Source of the DNA: Bacteroidales bacterium UBA4179 | GTDB lineage: Bacteria; Bacteroidota; Bacteroidia; Bacteroidales; Dysgonomonadaceae | DNA: 64,000 nucleotides | Assembly: GCA_002381125.1 (NCBI GenBank) | Contig: DFUT01000009.1 | Coordinates: forward strand, 25,407 to 89,406 | Reading direction: 5' to 3' | Shown: positions 49,096-58,088 of the stretch, piece by piece | How positions within the stretch are numbered: the first letter of the stretch is position 1 | Layout of the letters: every line of letters starts with the position of its first letter | Notes under the pieces: generated by a model | Databases searched by the model: none | Seen by the model: the letters and a program-made list of their open reading frames with translations, nothing else | Told to the model about the DNA's origin: nothing | Made by a program: the position numbers and the translations under genes

Positions 49096-49965
49096 TTAAT
49101 TGATTTCGTTTAGTTGGATCGATGCGGTTTCGAATTTTTTGAGCTGCGATATAATCTCTACGCATTCTACCGCTTCTTTCACATCGTGCACGCGTAAAAT
49201 GTCGGCACCATACATTAATGCATAGGTATTTAAAACGGTACTCCCATTCAAGCATTGTGATGGATCGGAATCGAGCAGCCGATAAATCATGGATTTTCGT
49301 GATATTCCCACTAAAAGCGGCAAGTCAAAAATATCGAAATACCTAAGGTACGCCATCAGTTGATAATTTTGTGATAACGTTTTGCTGAAACCGAAACCGG
49401 GATCAATGATGATATCATTTACTCCCAATTGATTGAGAAGGGCTGTTTTTTCTGAAAAATAGTAGAGAATATCTTGAATAAAATTATCGTAATTGGTCAA
49501 TTGCTGCATGGTTTGAGGGGTACCACGCATATGCATAAGGATATACGGAACATTTAATTGCGCTACTGTTGCAAACATATTCTTATCGATTTGCCCACCC
49601 GAAATGTCGTTTATCATGTCAACTCCATATTTTTCGACAGCGCTTTTGGCTACCTCTGCGTAAAAAGTGTCTACCGATAAAATGGCATCGGGAAATTCTT
49701 TTCTGACAATTTTAAGTGCAGGTTCCAATCGATTGAGTTCTTCTTTTGCTGAAAGTAAAACAGACGATGGCGAAGTGGATTGCCCTCCTAAATCGATGAT
49801 AGTTCCACCTTCTTCCAAAATTTGACTTGCTCTTTCGAGAATTTCTTTTTCCGAGTTTTTGCGGCTTTCGGAGAAAAACGAATCGGGTGTAATATTGATA
49901 ATACCCATTACCAATGGAGTTGAGAGATTCATTAGTGAACCTTTTATGTTGAGAAATTTTTTCAT
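49096..49965 (-). CDS. folP: Dihydropteroate synthase
   Basis: Pterin-binding fold: GIINITPDSF, IIDLGGQST, DTFY, MINDISG, DPGFGF. Confidence 0.93.
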   Translation of the reverse strand: MKKFLNIKGSLMNLSTPLVMGIINITPDSFFSESRKNSEKEILERASQILEEGGTIIDLGGQSTSPSSVLLSAKEELNRLEPALKIVRKEFPDAILSVDTFYAEVAKSAVEKYGVDMINDISGGQIDKNMFATVAQLNVPYILMHMRGTPQTMQQLTNYDNFIQDILYYFSEKTALLNQLGVNDIIIDPGFGFSKTLSQNYQLMAYLRYFDIFDLPLLVGISRKSMIYRLLDSDPSQCLNGSTVLNTYALMYGADILRVHDVKEAVECVEIISQLKKFETASIQLNEIN

Positions 49966-49968
49966 GCG

Positions 49969-51549
49969 TTATAATGTGGAATTGGGTAACTGATAAGGAT
50001 AATCTATATTGTAATGCAATCCGCGACTTTCTTTTCGTGCCATTGCCTGTTTGATTACCAGGTATCCCACTTTTATGATGTTGCGTAACTCACAAATTTC
50101 TCGGGAAACTACCGAGCGTTGAAACAAGCTTTCCGTTTCGCGAAATAAAATATTCAATCTTGTCATTGCACGTTGTAAGCGAAGATTGGAACGGACAATG
50201 CCGACGTACGACGACATGATTTCGTTCACCTCTTTGTAGCTTTGGGTTATCAATACCATTTCTTCGGGTAAAGTGGTACCTTCGGCATTCCAAGGGGGAA
50301 TATTTTCCTGAAAAGAGTAATCTTTTAATCGGGGAACAGAATGTTTGGCCGCTGCGTCGGCGAAAACCACGGCTTCGATAAGTGAATTGGAAGCCAATCG
50401 GTTTGCACCGTGTAAACCGGTACAAGCGCATTCGCCGTTTGCATATAATCGCTTGATGCTGGTTTCCCCATGAATGTTTACCCGTATTCCACCGCACAAA
50501 TAATGGGCTGCAGGTGCAACGGGGATGTAATCTTTAGTGATGTCGATACCATACGACTTGCATTTTTCGTAAATGTTGGGGAAATGTTTTTTTGTTTCTT
50601 CCGGATCTTTGTGCGTGACATCCAAATATACATAATCGTCGCCACGATTTTTCATTTCCGTATCGATGGCTCTTGCAACAATATCTCGTGGCGCCAGCGA
50701 TTCACGTTTGTCGTATTTATGCATGAATTCTTTGCCGTCTTTTGTCCTCAGGATTGCTTCATACCCTCGTACCGCTTCACTAATAAGGAATGAAGGGCGG
50801 TCGCCGGGATGATACAGGGCTGTAGGATGAAATTGAACGAATTCCATTCCTTTGATTTCACCTTTTGCACGGGATACCATTGCAATGCCGTCTCCGGTTG
50901 CGACCAATGGATTGGTGGTTGTTTGATAAATGCAGCCGATGCCACCCGTAGCCATCATGGTTATTCGGGATAGAAACGTATCGATTTGGTTCGTTTTCTG
51001 ATCCAGAATGTAGGCGCCATAGCATTCGATCCCTTGGGTTTCCGATGTAATTACTTTTCCCAGATGATGCTGAGTAAGAATTTCAATGGCAAAGTGGTTA
51101 TCGAATACATCGATATTGGGATGGTTTTTGATTGCGTTGATTAATCTAAGTTGGATTTCGGCACCGGTATTGTCTTTGTGATGAAGAATGCGAAATTCGG
51201 AATGGCCTCCCTCTTTATGGAGATCGAAATTCCCTTGTTCATCTTTATCGAAATCTACACCCCAGCCGATCAGTTCTTTGATTTGTGCAGGTGCTTCGCG
51301 TACTACTTTTTCTACCACGGCCACATCGCACAATCCTGCACCGGCATCCAAAGTGTCTGCAATATGCTTATCGAAATTATCCCAAGGATTGGTTACGGAA
51401 GCTATTCCGCCTTGTGCATAGTAGGTATTGGCATCCTCCAACGAATTTTTTGCTATGATAGCTACCTTTCCATAATCGGCAACTTTCAATGCGAAGCTCA
51501 TCCCCGCTATGCCCGAACCTATTACTAGAAAATCGTATTTATAAGTCAT
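49969..51549 (-). CDS. nadB: L-aspartate oxidase
   Basis: FAD fold VIGSGIAGMS, QGGIA, HPTAL, and the GLHGANRLASNSL block; 526 aa. Confidence 0.95.
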   Translation of the reverse strand: MTYKYDFLVIGSGIAGMSFALKVADYGKVAIIAKNSLEDANTYYAQGGIASVTNPWDNFDKHIADTLDAGAGLCDVAVVEKVVREAPAQIKELIGWGVDFDKDEQGNFDLHKEGGHSEFRILHHKDNTGAEIQLRLINAIKNHPNIDVFDNHFAIEILTQHHLGKVITSETQGIECYGAYILDQKTNQIDTFLSRITMMATGGIGCIYQTTTNPLVATGDGIAMVSRAKGEIKGMEFVQFHPTALYHPGDRPSFLISEAVRGYEAILRTKDGKEFMHKYDKRESLAPRDIVARAIDTEMKNRGDDYVYLDVTHKDPEETKKHFPNIYEKCKSYGIDITKDYIPVAPAAHYLCGGIRVNIHGETSIKRLYANGECACTGLHGANRLASNSLIEAVVFADAAAKHSVPRLKDYSFQENIPPWNAEGTTLPEEMVLITQSYKEVNEIMSSYVGIVRSNLRLQRAMTRLNILFRETESLFQRSVVSREICELRNIIKVGYLVIKQAMARKESRGLHYNIDYPYQLPNSTL

Positions 51550-51576
51550 ACGGGTATATTTGTTCTTTCTATCTTA

Positions 51577-51584
51577 CAAATTTA
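51577..51584 (-). promoter_or_regulatory. -7 promoter box for nadB
   Basis: Reverse complement TAAATTTG, 28 nt upstream of ATG 51549. Confidence 0.45.
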
Positions 51585-51843
51585 TAAATTAAACTCTAAT
51601 CATGGACATTTTAAGTTTAAAATAGTCCATTTGCAAAGAAAATCCTTTTTAATTCTCATTTTATCCTTACAGATACACAATGAATTACACATTATTTTGG
51701 ATGCAGGATCCGATTCTTCGAAAAGTGCAATTGTTTTTTAGTTAAATACCGGAATTCTATTGTAATATTCGCAATAAAATATTTTCTTTGTTATAGGATA
51801 TTCCTTTATTACGGTATTCATTTTTAATTTGTTATACATCTAT

Positions 51844-53118
51844 ATGAAAACATTTTCATTGACCTTATTGTTTTTGTTCAGCACAACGGTTGCAGTCCTG
51901 AATGCAGCCGGTTTGCAGCAAAAAAATGATTCTTCCTACTACGAGTTGCGTGGAAGAGTATGGGGAGAAGATACGCGTGAACCATTGGTTTATGCAAGTG
52001 TTTCTGTGAGAAATTCAAATATTTCGACCGTTACCAATCAGGATGGATATTTTTCGATCAAAGTCCCGTTATCGGCAAAAAATTCGCAACTCATTATCCG
52101 ACATTTGGGATATCGAAATAAAATTATTCCTATTATAACGCTGATCAATAGGCCAAATGATTACATAATGATGCAGCCATATTCTATTTTATTGGAAGAG
52201 GTTGAGGTTGTTTCAGGTGACGGGGGACCATTGGTGCGTGAAGCACTGCTTCGCATTCCGGATAATTATCCCGATGTTCCAAATATGATGGTTGCTTTTT
52301 ATCGTGAATCGATCAAGAAGAGAAATACCTATATATCCCTTGTTGAAGCAGTAGTAGATATTTATAAGGCATCGTATCGTTCTTTTGAAAACGATCAGGC
52401 CCGTATTTACATTGGGCGTAGGGCAACTGACATCAATCCGCGCGATACGATTTTATTGAAGTTTCAGGGAGGAATTACGAGCTCCTTGATGCTTGACGTT
52501 GCTAAAAATCCGGAGATAGTCTTTGGCAAAGAAGGCGAAGAATATATTTTCAATATCGAGAACATGGTTTACATCAATGAAAAACCCAATTATGTAATTT
52601 CATTTGTGCCACGTCTCGATATTGAAGAGATTCTTTTTCGAGGGAAAATTTATCTGGATGCAAACAGTTTGGCTTTTACGAGAATGGAATTCAATATGAA
52701 CGTCGAAGGACGAAAGGATGCTTCTCATATCTTTATAAAAAAGAAACCTGCAAAAATGAAAGTGGATATGCATCACGCCGGATATATTGTGGATTACGTT
52801 GAAAGAGACCACAAATGGTATTTCAATTACAGTAGGACAGATGTTGCTTTTAAGGTGAATTGGTCGCATCGTTTTTTCGGTCTTTTTGCTCCCAGGTATA
52901 CCATTACCTCCGAAATAGCCATTACCGACCGATATACAGATGATGTAGTGAAATTTCCAAGAAGTGAGCGTATACGTTCAACGGATATTATTGCCGAAAA
53001 AGTGGAAGATTTTCAAGATTCCGATTTCTGGGGTGAATATAATGTCATAGAACCCGATGCTGAAATATCGGCTGCTATTAAAAAGCTCAGCGATAAGCTT
53101 CGTCGTCGACAACAATAA
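51844..53118 (+). CDS. Secreted protein with an N-terminal carboxypeptidase-regulatory-like (CarboxypepD_reg) domain
   Basis: Signal peptide, then [43 protein letters not shown]. The remainder is unassigned. The track ORF starts at TTG 51829; ATG 51844 is chosen. Confidence 0.65.
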   Translation: MKTFSLTLLFLFSTTVAVLNAAGLQQKNDSSYYELRGRVWGEDTREPLVYASVSVRNSNISTVTNQDGYFSIKVPLSAKNSQLIIRHLGYRNKIIPIITLINRPNDYIMMQPYSILLEEVEVVSGDGGPLVREALLRIPDNYPDVPNMMVAFYRESIKKRNTYISLVEAVVDIYKASYRSFENDQARIYIGRRATDINPRDTILLKFQGGITSSLMLDVAKNPEIVFGKEGEEYIFNIENMVYINEKPNYVISFVPRLDIEEILFRGKIYLDANSLAFTRMEFNMNVEGRKDASHIFIKKKPAKMKVDMHHAGYIVDYVERDHKWYFNYSRTDVAFKVNWSHRFFGLFAPRYTITSEIAITDRYTDDVVKFPRSERIRSTDIIAEKVEDFQDSDFWGEYNVIEPDAEISAAIKKLSDKLRRRQQ

Positions 53119-53152
53119 TCCAAAAATGCTTGTTGGTTAAAAAAATAACCTT

Positions 53153-53160
53153 TACCTTTG
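53153..53160 (+). promoter_or_regulatory. -7 promoter box for rpsO
   Basis: TACCTTTG, 30 nt upstream of ATG 53190. Confidence 0.5.
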
Positions 53161-53189
53161 CCGTCCAAAGTTATTTAATTATAAAGTGT

Positions 53190-53459
53190 ATGTATTTAGA
53201 TGCAGAGAAAAAGAAGGAGATCTTTGCACGATACGGGAAGTCTAACACTGATACCGGCTCACCTGAAGCTCAGATAGCATTGTTTTCTTACCGTATTGCG
53301 CATTTGACGGAACATTTAAAGTCAAATAAGAAAGATTATAACACAGAAAGAGCCTTGAAAATTTTAGTAGGTAAACGTCGTCGTTTACTCAATTACCTAA
53401 TTGAGAAAGATATCGAAAGGTATAGAGCAATTATCAAAGAATTGGGTATAAGGAAATAA
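53190..53459 (+). CDS. rpsO: 30S ribosomal protein S15
   Basis: 89 aa, [16 protein letters not shown]...[22 protein letters not shown]...[10 protein letters not shown]. The track ORF 53130 carries a spurious N-terminal extension. Confidence 0.95.
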   Translation: MYLDAEKKKEIFARYGKSNTDTGSPEAQIALFSYRIAHLTEHLKSNKKDYNTERALKILVGKRRRLLNYLIEKDIERYRAIIKELGIRK

Positions 53460-53480
53460 ATTTTCAAGAAAAAATCAAAA

Positions 53481-53514
53481 AAAGAGTAAATGAATTTTCA
53501 TTTACTCTTTTTTG
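53481..53514 (+). terminator. Intrinsic terminator after rpsO
   Basis: Stem AAAGAGTAAATG / CATTTACTCTTT followed by a T-run. Confidence 0.8.
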
Positions 53515-53658
53515 TTTCTATCTATGAGGATTATTTTCACTTAGGAGATTGATTTTCAAATAAATGATAGATATGGATAGGTATAGGGGACCCAAAACAT
53601 ATTGTAAAAGTATGTTTTATAATATGTTTTTTTATTTGTTTTTCTTGTAAGACCCCTA

Positions 53659-53666
53659 TATATTTG
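53659..53666 (+). promoter_or_regulatory. Orphan -7 promoter box (no ORF downstream)
   Basis: TATATTTG in the middle of the 484-bp rpsO-rarA gap, ~60 nt upstream of a strong terminator hairpin. Confidence 0.4.
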
Positions 53667-53669
53667 TAA

Positions 53670-53758
53670 CCGATAACCTAAAACAATCTTTTTACCTTAA
53701 TACTAGTCCATATAAACCGTAATAAAAGAGACCATCTTGAGCAAGGTGGTCTCTTTTT
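53670..53758 (+). ncRNA. Candidate small RNA (~85-90 nt), ends inferred
   Basis: Bounded by the orphan TAnnTTTG box (53659-53666) and the terminator at 53724-53758. It has no ORF of meaningful length and lies in otherwise unexplained intergenic DNA. The 5' end is a guess a few nt downstream of the box. Confidence 0.35.
53724..53758 (+). terminator. Orphan intrinsic terminator
   Basis: Stem (AAAA)GAGACCATCTT-GAGC-AAGGTGGTCTC(TTTT) with one U-G pair, followed by T5. It lies 265 nt beyond the rpsO stop and after rpsO's own terminator. Confidence 0.75.
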
Positions 53759-53911
53759 GATAGTGTGATATATAGGGATGCTGTGTTAAACTTAAAAAAA
53801 GAATGTTTACCGGATCGAAAATATTTCGGAGTAGTTTTCTAGTCGTCGAATAAATAGAGAATTTTCGAAGATGGGTTTTATGTATTTGTGTGTAAATTAA
53901 GAATTAACCTG

Positions 53912-53919
53912 TACATTTG
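53912..53919 (+). promoter_or_regulatory. -7 promoter box for rarA
   Basis: TACATTTG, 25 nt upstream of ATG 53944. Confidence 0.5.
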
Positions 53920-53943
53920 TAAGAAACAATTGGAGATGTTCAT

Positions 53944-55212
53944 ATGAATCCACCGTTGGCAGAGCGGATGCGCCCTCAAAATCTGGATGAATTTATCGGG
54001 CAAGAGCATTTGGTCGGTAAAGGCGCTGTTTTACGGAAAATGATTGATTCGGGCAGGGTGCCTTCGCTTATTTTTTGGGGACCTCCCGGAGTAGGGAAGA
54101 CTACGTTGGCACATATCATTGCCAATACGCTTCATGCTCCCTTTTACAAGTTGAGCGCCATCAATTCAGGGGTAAAAGATGTGAGGGATGTGATTGAAAA
54201 AGCAAAAAGCGAGCGTTTTTTTGATGCGGCTAGTCCTATTTTGTTTATCGATGAAATTCACCGATTTAGCAAATCACAACAAGATTCGTTGCTGAATGCG
54301 GTTGAAACGGGAGTGGTTACACTCATTGGTGCGACAACCGAAAATCCTTCATTCGAAGTAATTCGCCCTTTATTATCTCGCTGCCAAGTATATGTGTTGA
54401 AACCTCTTGAGAGAAAAGATTTGGAGATTTTGCTTCGTCGGGCGTTGACCGAAGATATTTTTCTAAAAGAAAAAGAGATAGAAGTGAAAGAGACAAATGC
54501 TTTGTTTCGTTTTGCCGGTGGGGATGCCCGTAAACTGTTAAATATTATCGAGTTGGTTGTTATAGCCGAAAACGGCAATAAAATAGTGATTACCGATGAC
54601 AGCGTAACAAACCGAATACAAGAAAATCCGGCAGCATATGACAAAGATGGAGAGATGCACTATGATATTATTTCGGCGTTCATTAAATCTATTCGCGGCA
54701 GCGATCCCGATGCGGCTATTTATTGGTTGGCACGTATGGTTGCAGGAGGCGAAGACCCGGCTTTTATCGCGCGGCGCTTGGTTATTTCGGCTGCGGAAGA
54801 TATTGGTCTAGCCAATCCGAATGCGTTATTGCTCGCTAATGTGTGTTTCGATGCTTTACAAAAAATAGGATGGCCCGAAGGGCGTATTATATTGGCTGAA
54901 ACAACTATTTATTTGGCAACTTCACCCAAAAGCAATTCGGCATATCTTGCCATCGATAAGGCGCTTGATGAAGTTGCACGTAGTGGGAATCTTCCTGTTC
55001 CGCTTCATTTGCGGAATGCGCCAACAGCATTGATGAAAGAACTTGATTATGGCAAAGATTATAAATATCCTCACGATTTTGAGGATCATTTTGTAGAGCA
55101 AGATTATTTACCTCGGGAAATTAAAAGTCGTCGTTTTTGGGAACCTCAGGACAATCCTTCGGAAGCAAAATTAAAGGCTCGGATGAAAAAATTGTGGGGA
55201 AATAAAAAATAA
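53944..55212 (+). CDS. rarA: Replication-associated recombination protein A (MgsA/RarA AAA+ ATPase)
   Basis: LAERMRPQNLDEFIGQEHL, Walker A GPPGVGKTT, Walker B FIDEIHRF, MgsA C-terminal domain (YDIISAFIKSIRGSDPDAA, YKYPHD). Confidence 0.95.
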   Translation: MNPPLAERMRPQNLDEFIGQEHLVGKGAVLRKMIDSGRVPSLIFWGPPGVGKTTLAHIIANTLHAPFYKLSAINSGVKDVRDVIEKAKSERFFDAASPILFIDEIHRFSKSQQDSLLNAVETGVVTLIGATTENPSFEVIRPLLSRCQVYVLKPLERKDLEILLRRALTEDIFLKEKEIEVKETNALFRFAGGDARKLLNIIELVVIAENGNKIVITDDSVTNRIQENPAAYDKDGEMHYDIISAFIKSIRGSDPDAAIYWLARMVAGGEDPAFIARRLVISAAEDIGLANPNALLLANVCFDALQKIGWPEGRIILAETTIYLATSPKSNSAYLAIDKALDEVARSGNLPVPLHLRNAPTALMKELDYGKDYKYPHDFEDHFVEQDYLPREIKSRRFWEPQDNPSEAKLKARMKKLWGNKK

Positions 55213-55298
55213 ATCGAGGAATTTTTGAAAATCGTGCAATAAAATTCTTGTCAAAAACAATAAGCAAGGGGAGGATAAAAAGATGCTGCGATTGCAAT

Positions 55299-58022
55299 TT
55301 AATACCAATCCATTTTTTGATAAGGTGAACTGTGTTGCTGGTATTTGAGATCCTTTAGTAAGGAAGAATTGGCGCGAATAATAAAGTTATACGACTGATA
55401 AGGCCCTACCGGTATGAAACTAGCCGACATGCTCCAGCAGTGCAGGTTGCGGGTCAATGTGCAATTCATGTATGAAAAGCGTTTGGCTTCGAAATTGTAG
55501 TCGGTATTGAAGGTAAAATTCCAGTTTTTGGTTGGCTGTAGCGAACCGCTCAATCCGAAATTATGGGTTAGTTTCCCTTTATATTCCATTTTTTTCTTAT
55601 CGAACTCGCCATACCCGTAACGCAAAGAATAATTGAACGAAAGATTCCAGTTTATCCTGTTTTTCAGGTAACCATCGGCATCATATTCGCCGGTATCTTG
55701 AGCGGATGTATCGAATATGCTTTTTGTGATGCTTTCTTCTTCAAGATTCCCTTCGGCTGTTTCAAGATTAGAACGATCCGTTTCGCTCTCTTGTTCCCGG
55801 TCATCCTTCTCTCCAAACCATTTTTTGAAAGTATCTTGATTGAAAGAATAGGAAAACGATGTTCCTGTACTCATAAGTTTCCCGAATCCTTTTCCCTTGG
55901 CAATTCGGAGTTTGTCGACATGCACCGGTCGCCCTTGAGAATCAAGTTCATATAAATAAGGATCCCATGTGGCACTTAGGCTAAATGTTTGGGATTTGCC
56001 GAGTTTCAGTCGGAGACTCGTGTTGATCGTACTCAATTTGAGTGAATCGGCCATCATATTGTAACTAAAACCAATGCTCAGATCGTCTATAAGGCTCATT
56101 TTTCGGTAACCTGTGGGATCGTTCTCGTCGCGAACTTTCATTTCGAGATTATTTTTAAAACTGAACCCGATGCTTCCGCTCTTTCCGCTTGGGGCTGTTC
56201 CGAACATCATGCCTGAATAGGGCGAATAGGTGTATTCCACATCTTCGCCGTATTCGTTTTTGTAGGTATATTTTTCGTAAAAATTATAGCGCGATGCACT
56301 AAAATCGGGAGTATAACTCAGACTGATGGATGGAGTAAACACGTGGCGTATGGCTTGTATTTTGTTTCCGAAAATTTTCCACGGCGTATACATTCCGTAA
56401 AGTTTGGTATTGAAACTAAGGGAGGTACTATAGTCGTATACGCGATTGAATCCGTAAACCGTATCCACTACCACATTTCTTTTTTGGACAGAATCCCATG
56501 CCTCAACGTGGCGAGAAGTATACCATCTTTCGTTATAATTGATGGAAGGGGATATCTGGATGTTGTCAAAAACCGTAAAAGTGGCACTAATGGGAATACT
56601 GTGACGCATGCCGTTTGTCCAATCTTTGATGATGTTCGATTTAAGGAACTGATCTTCCTTGGTAGTGATTGAGTTTCTGAATTCTCCCGAGTAGCTCATC
56701 GATATTTTTTCGTACCAACGTTCGGCTCCTACGGCCTTTTTTCGTTTAAATGGATAAACACGACTCATATTAATCGAAAGATTGGGTAAGGTAACCGATA
56801 TGGTGGAATCTCGCGATATCTGATTGATACTCATTGCTGCCGACAAACTCCACGGTGAATTGGGGAAACGTTGCGTAATATTTACGCTGGAACTTTTGGT
56901 ATTGTTTGTCGATTCTCGCGAATAGAGTTCGCGCAAGTCGTTTTTTTCGTATTTGCTGGTAGAAAAATTCACGCTTGCCGACAGGGTGCGATACATATTT
57001 GCTTTTGGATCCTGTGAATGTGTCCAACTGATGCGAAAGTCTTTCGATACCGAATAATCGGGCAACCCTTTGTCGCCAAGGACAGTATTGAGAAAATAGG
57101 CATTGAAGTTTCCCGAGTATTTATATCGTTTTCGGTAATTGGATCGCGCGCCGATTCCCCACGTTCCTTTGGTATATATTTCTCCGGTGACGGCTAGATC
57201 CACATAATCGTTTATGGCAAAATAATATCCCCCATCGTGGAGATAAAATCCGCGTTCCATTTCATCTCCATAGGAAGGCATAATGATTCCCGATGAATAG
57301 CTTTTGGTGAAAGGGAAAAATGCGAAGGGCAAGACGATCGGAAACAGGGGAACATCCGCCACAACCAGCCATGCCGGTCCGGTGACGACATCTTTATCGG
57401 GTCGAACCTTTGCCTTCGACAAATTCAAATAGAAATGCGGATGTTCGTGATCGTCGCAGGTCGTATATTTTGCGTTTTGCATGTAAAACGTGTTGTCGGG
57501 ATTCATTTTTGCTTCATTGGCCACAATATACCCTTCTCCTTGTTGGGTTACGACGTGATTTATAAAAGCCTTGCCGGTTTTAAAGTTGTAGCTTACTTTT
57601 TTCATCTCGTATTGAGTGCCGTTTTCTTCAAAAATGGGATATCCAAATTCTTTTCCGAGGGAATCTATACCAAATGTGGCCGTAATAATACTGCTATCCA
57701 AATCCAACGTAATGTATTCGCCTTTGATGCCGATATTGCCATATTTTACATCCGCATTGCCATATAAATGGACGATATTGTCTTTCGTAAAAACCAAGGA
57801 ATCGGTAGCTGTATAATGAACCGGAGCTTCAAGGGTTTCTTTTTCCGCTTTTATGGTATCTGTTTTTATTGTGTCCGCTTTTATCGTATCTACCGGTGTA
57901 ATTGGTATGGAGTCGTTTTGGGATAACAAACTGTCACTCTCCGTTTTTGTTTGAGCAAATGGAGATTGAGAAAAAAAAGTAAATACCAGGAAAAAAAATA
58001 TGCTTATTTCGAGATGTTTCAT
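55299..58022 (-). CDS. lptD: LptD-like outer-membrane LPS-assembly protein
   Basis: 907 aa. Signal peptide, OstA-like N-terminal domain, long beta-rich C-terminus with alternating aromatic residues ending in an aromatic (..MDWY). Matches Bacteroidetes 'putative LPS assembly protein LptD' as I recall it. Confidence 0.7.
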   Translation of the reverse strand: MKHLEISIFFFLVFTFFSQSPFAQTKTESDSLLSQNDSIPITPVDTIKADTIKTDTIKAEKETLEAPVHYTATDSLVFTKDNIVHLYGNADVKYGNIGIKGEYITLDLDSSIITATFGIDSLGKEFGYPIFEENGTQYEMKKVSYNFKTGKAFINHVVTQQGEGYIVANEAKMNPDNTFYMQNAKYTTCDDHEHPHFYLNLSKAKVRPDKDVVTGPAWLVVADVPLFPIVLPFAFFPFTKSYSSGIIMPSYGDEMERGFYLHDGGYYFAINDYVDLAVTGEIYTKGTWGIGARSNYRKRYKYSGNFNAYFLNTVLGDKGLPDYSVSKDFRISWTHSQDPKANMYRTLSASVNFSTSKYEKNDLRELYSRESTNNTKSSSVNITQRFPNSPWSLSAAMSINQISRDSTISVTLPNLSINMSRVYPFKRKKAVGAERWYEKISMSYSGEFRNSITTKEDQFLKSNIIKDWTNGMRHSIPISATFTVFDNIQISPSINYNERWYTSRHVEAWDSVQKRNVVVDTVYGFNRVYDYSTSLSFNTKLYGMYTPWKIFGNKIQAIRHVFTPSISLSYTPDFSASRYNFYEKYTYKNEYGEDVEYTYSPYSGMMFGTAPSGKSGSIGFSFKNNLEMKVRDENDPTGYRKMSLIDDLSIGFSYNMMADSLKLSTINTSLRLKLGKSQTFSLSATWDPYLYELDSQGRPVHVDKLRIAKGKGFGKLMSTGTSFSYSFNQDTFKKWFGEKDDREQESETDRSNLETAEGNLEEESITKSIFDTSAQDTGEYDADGYLKNRINWNLSFNYSLRYGYGEFDKKKMEYKGKLTHNFGLSGSLQPTKNWNFTFNTDYNFEAKRFSYMNCTLTRNLHCWSMSASFIPVGPYQSYNFIIRANSSLLKDLKYQQHSSPYQKMDWY

Positions 58023-58088
58023 TCAAAAATAGCCCGGTAGCATGGATAAATGGATTATTATTTTGGAACAAAAGTATAAAAATAAAAT

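Noticed and set aside
53564-53650. 28-codon ORF (MIDMDRYRGPKTYCKSMFYNMFFYLFFL) in the rpsO-rarA gap, considered as a type I toxin-like small peptide.
   Set aside because: No promoter box lies upstream. The hydrophobic stretch is only ~12 residues, too short for a TM helix. The ORF coincides with the A/U-rich hairpin region, so it is more simply explained as RNA/DNA structure.
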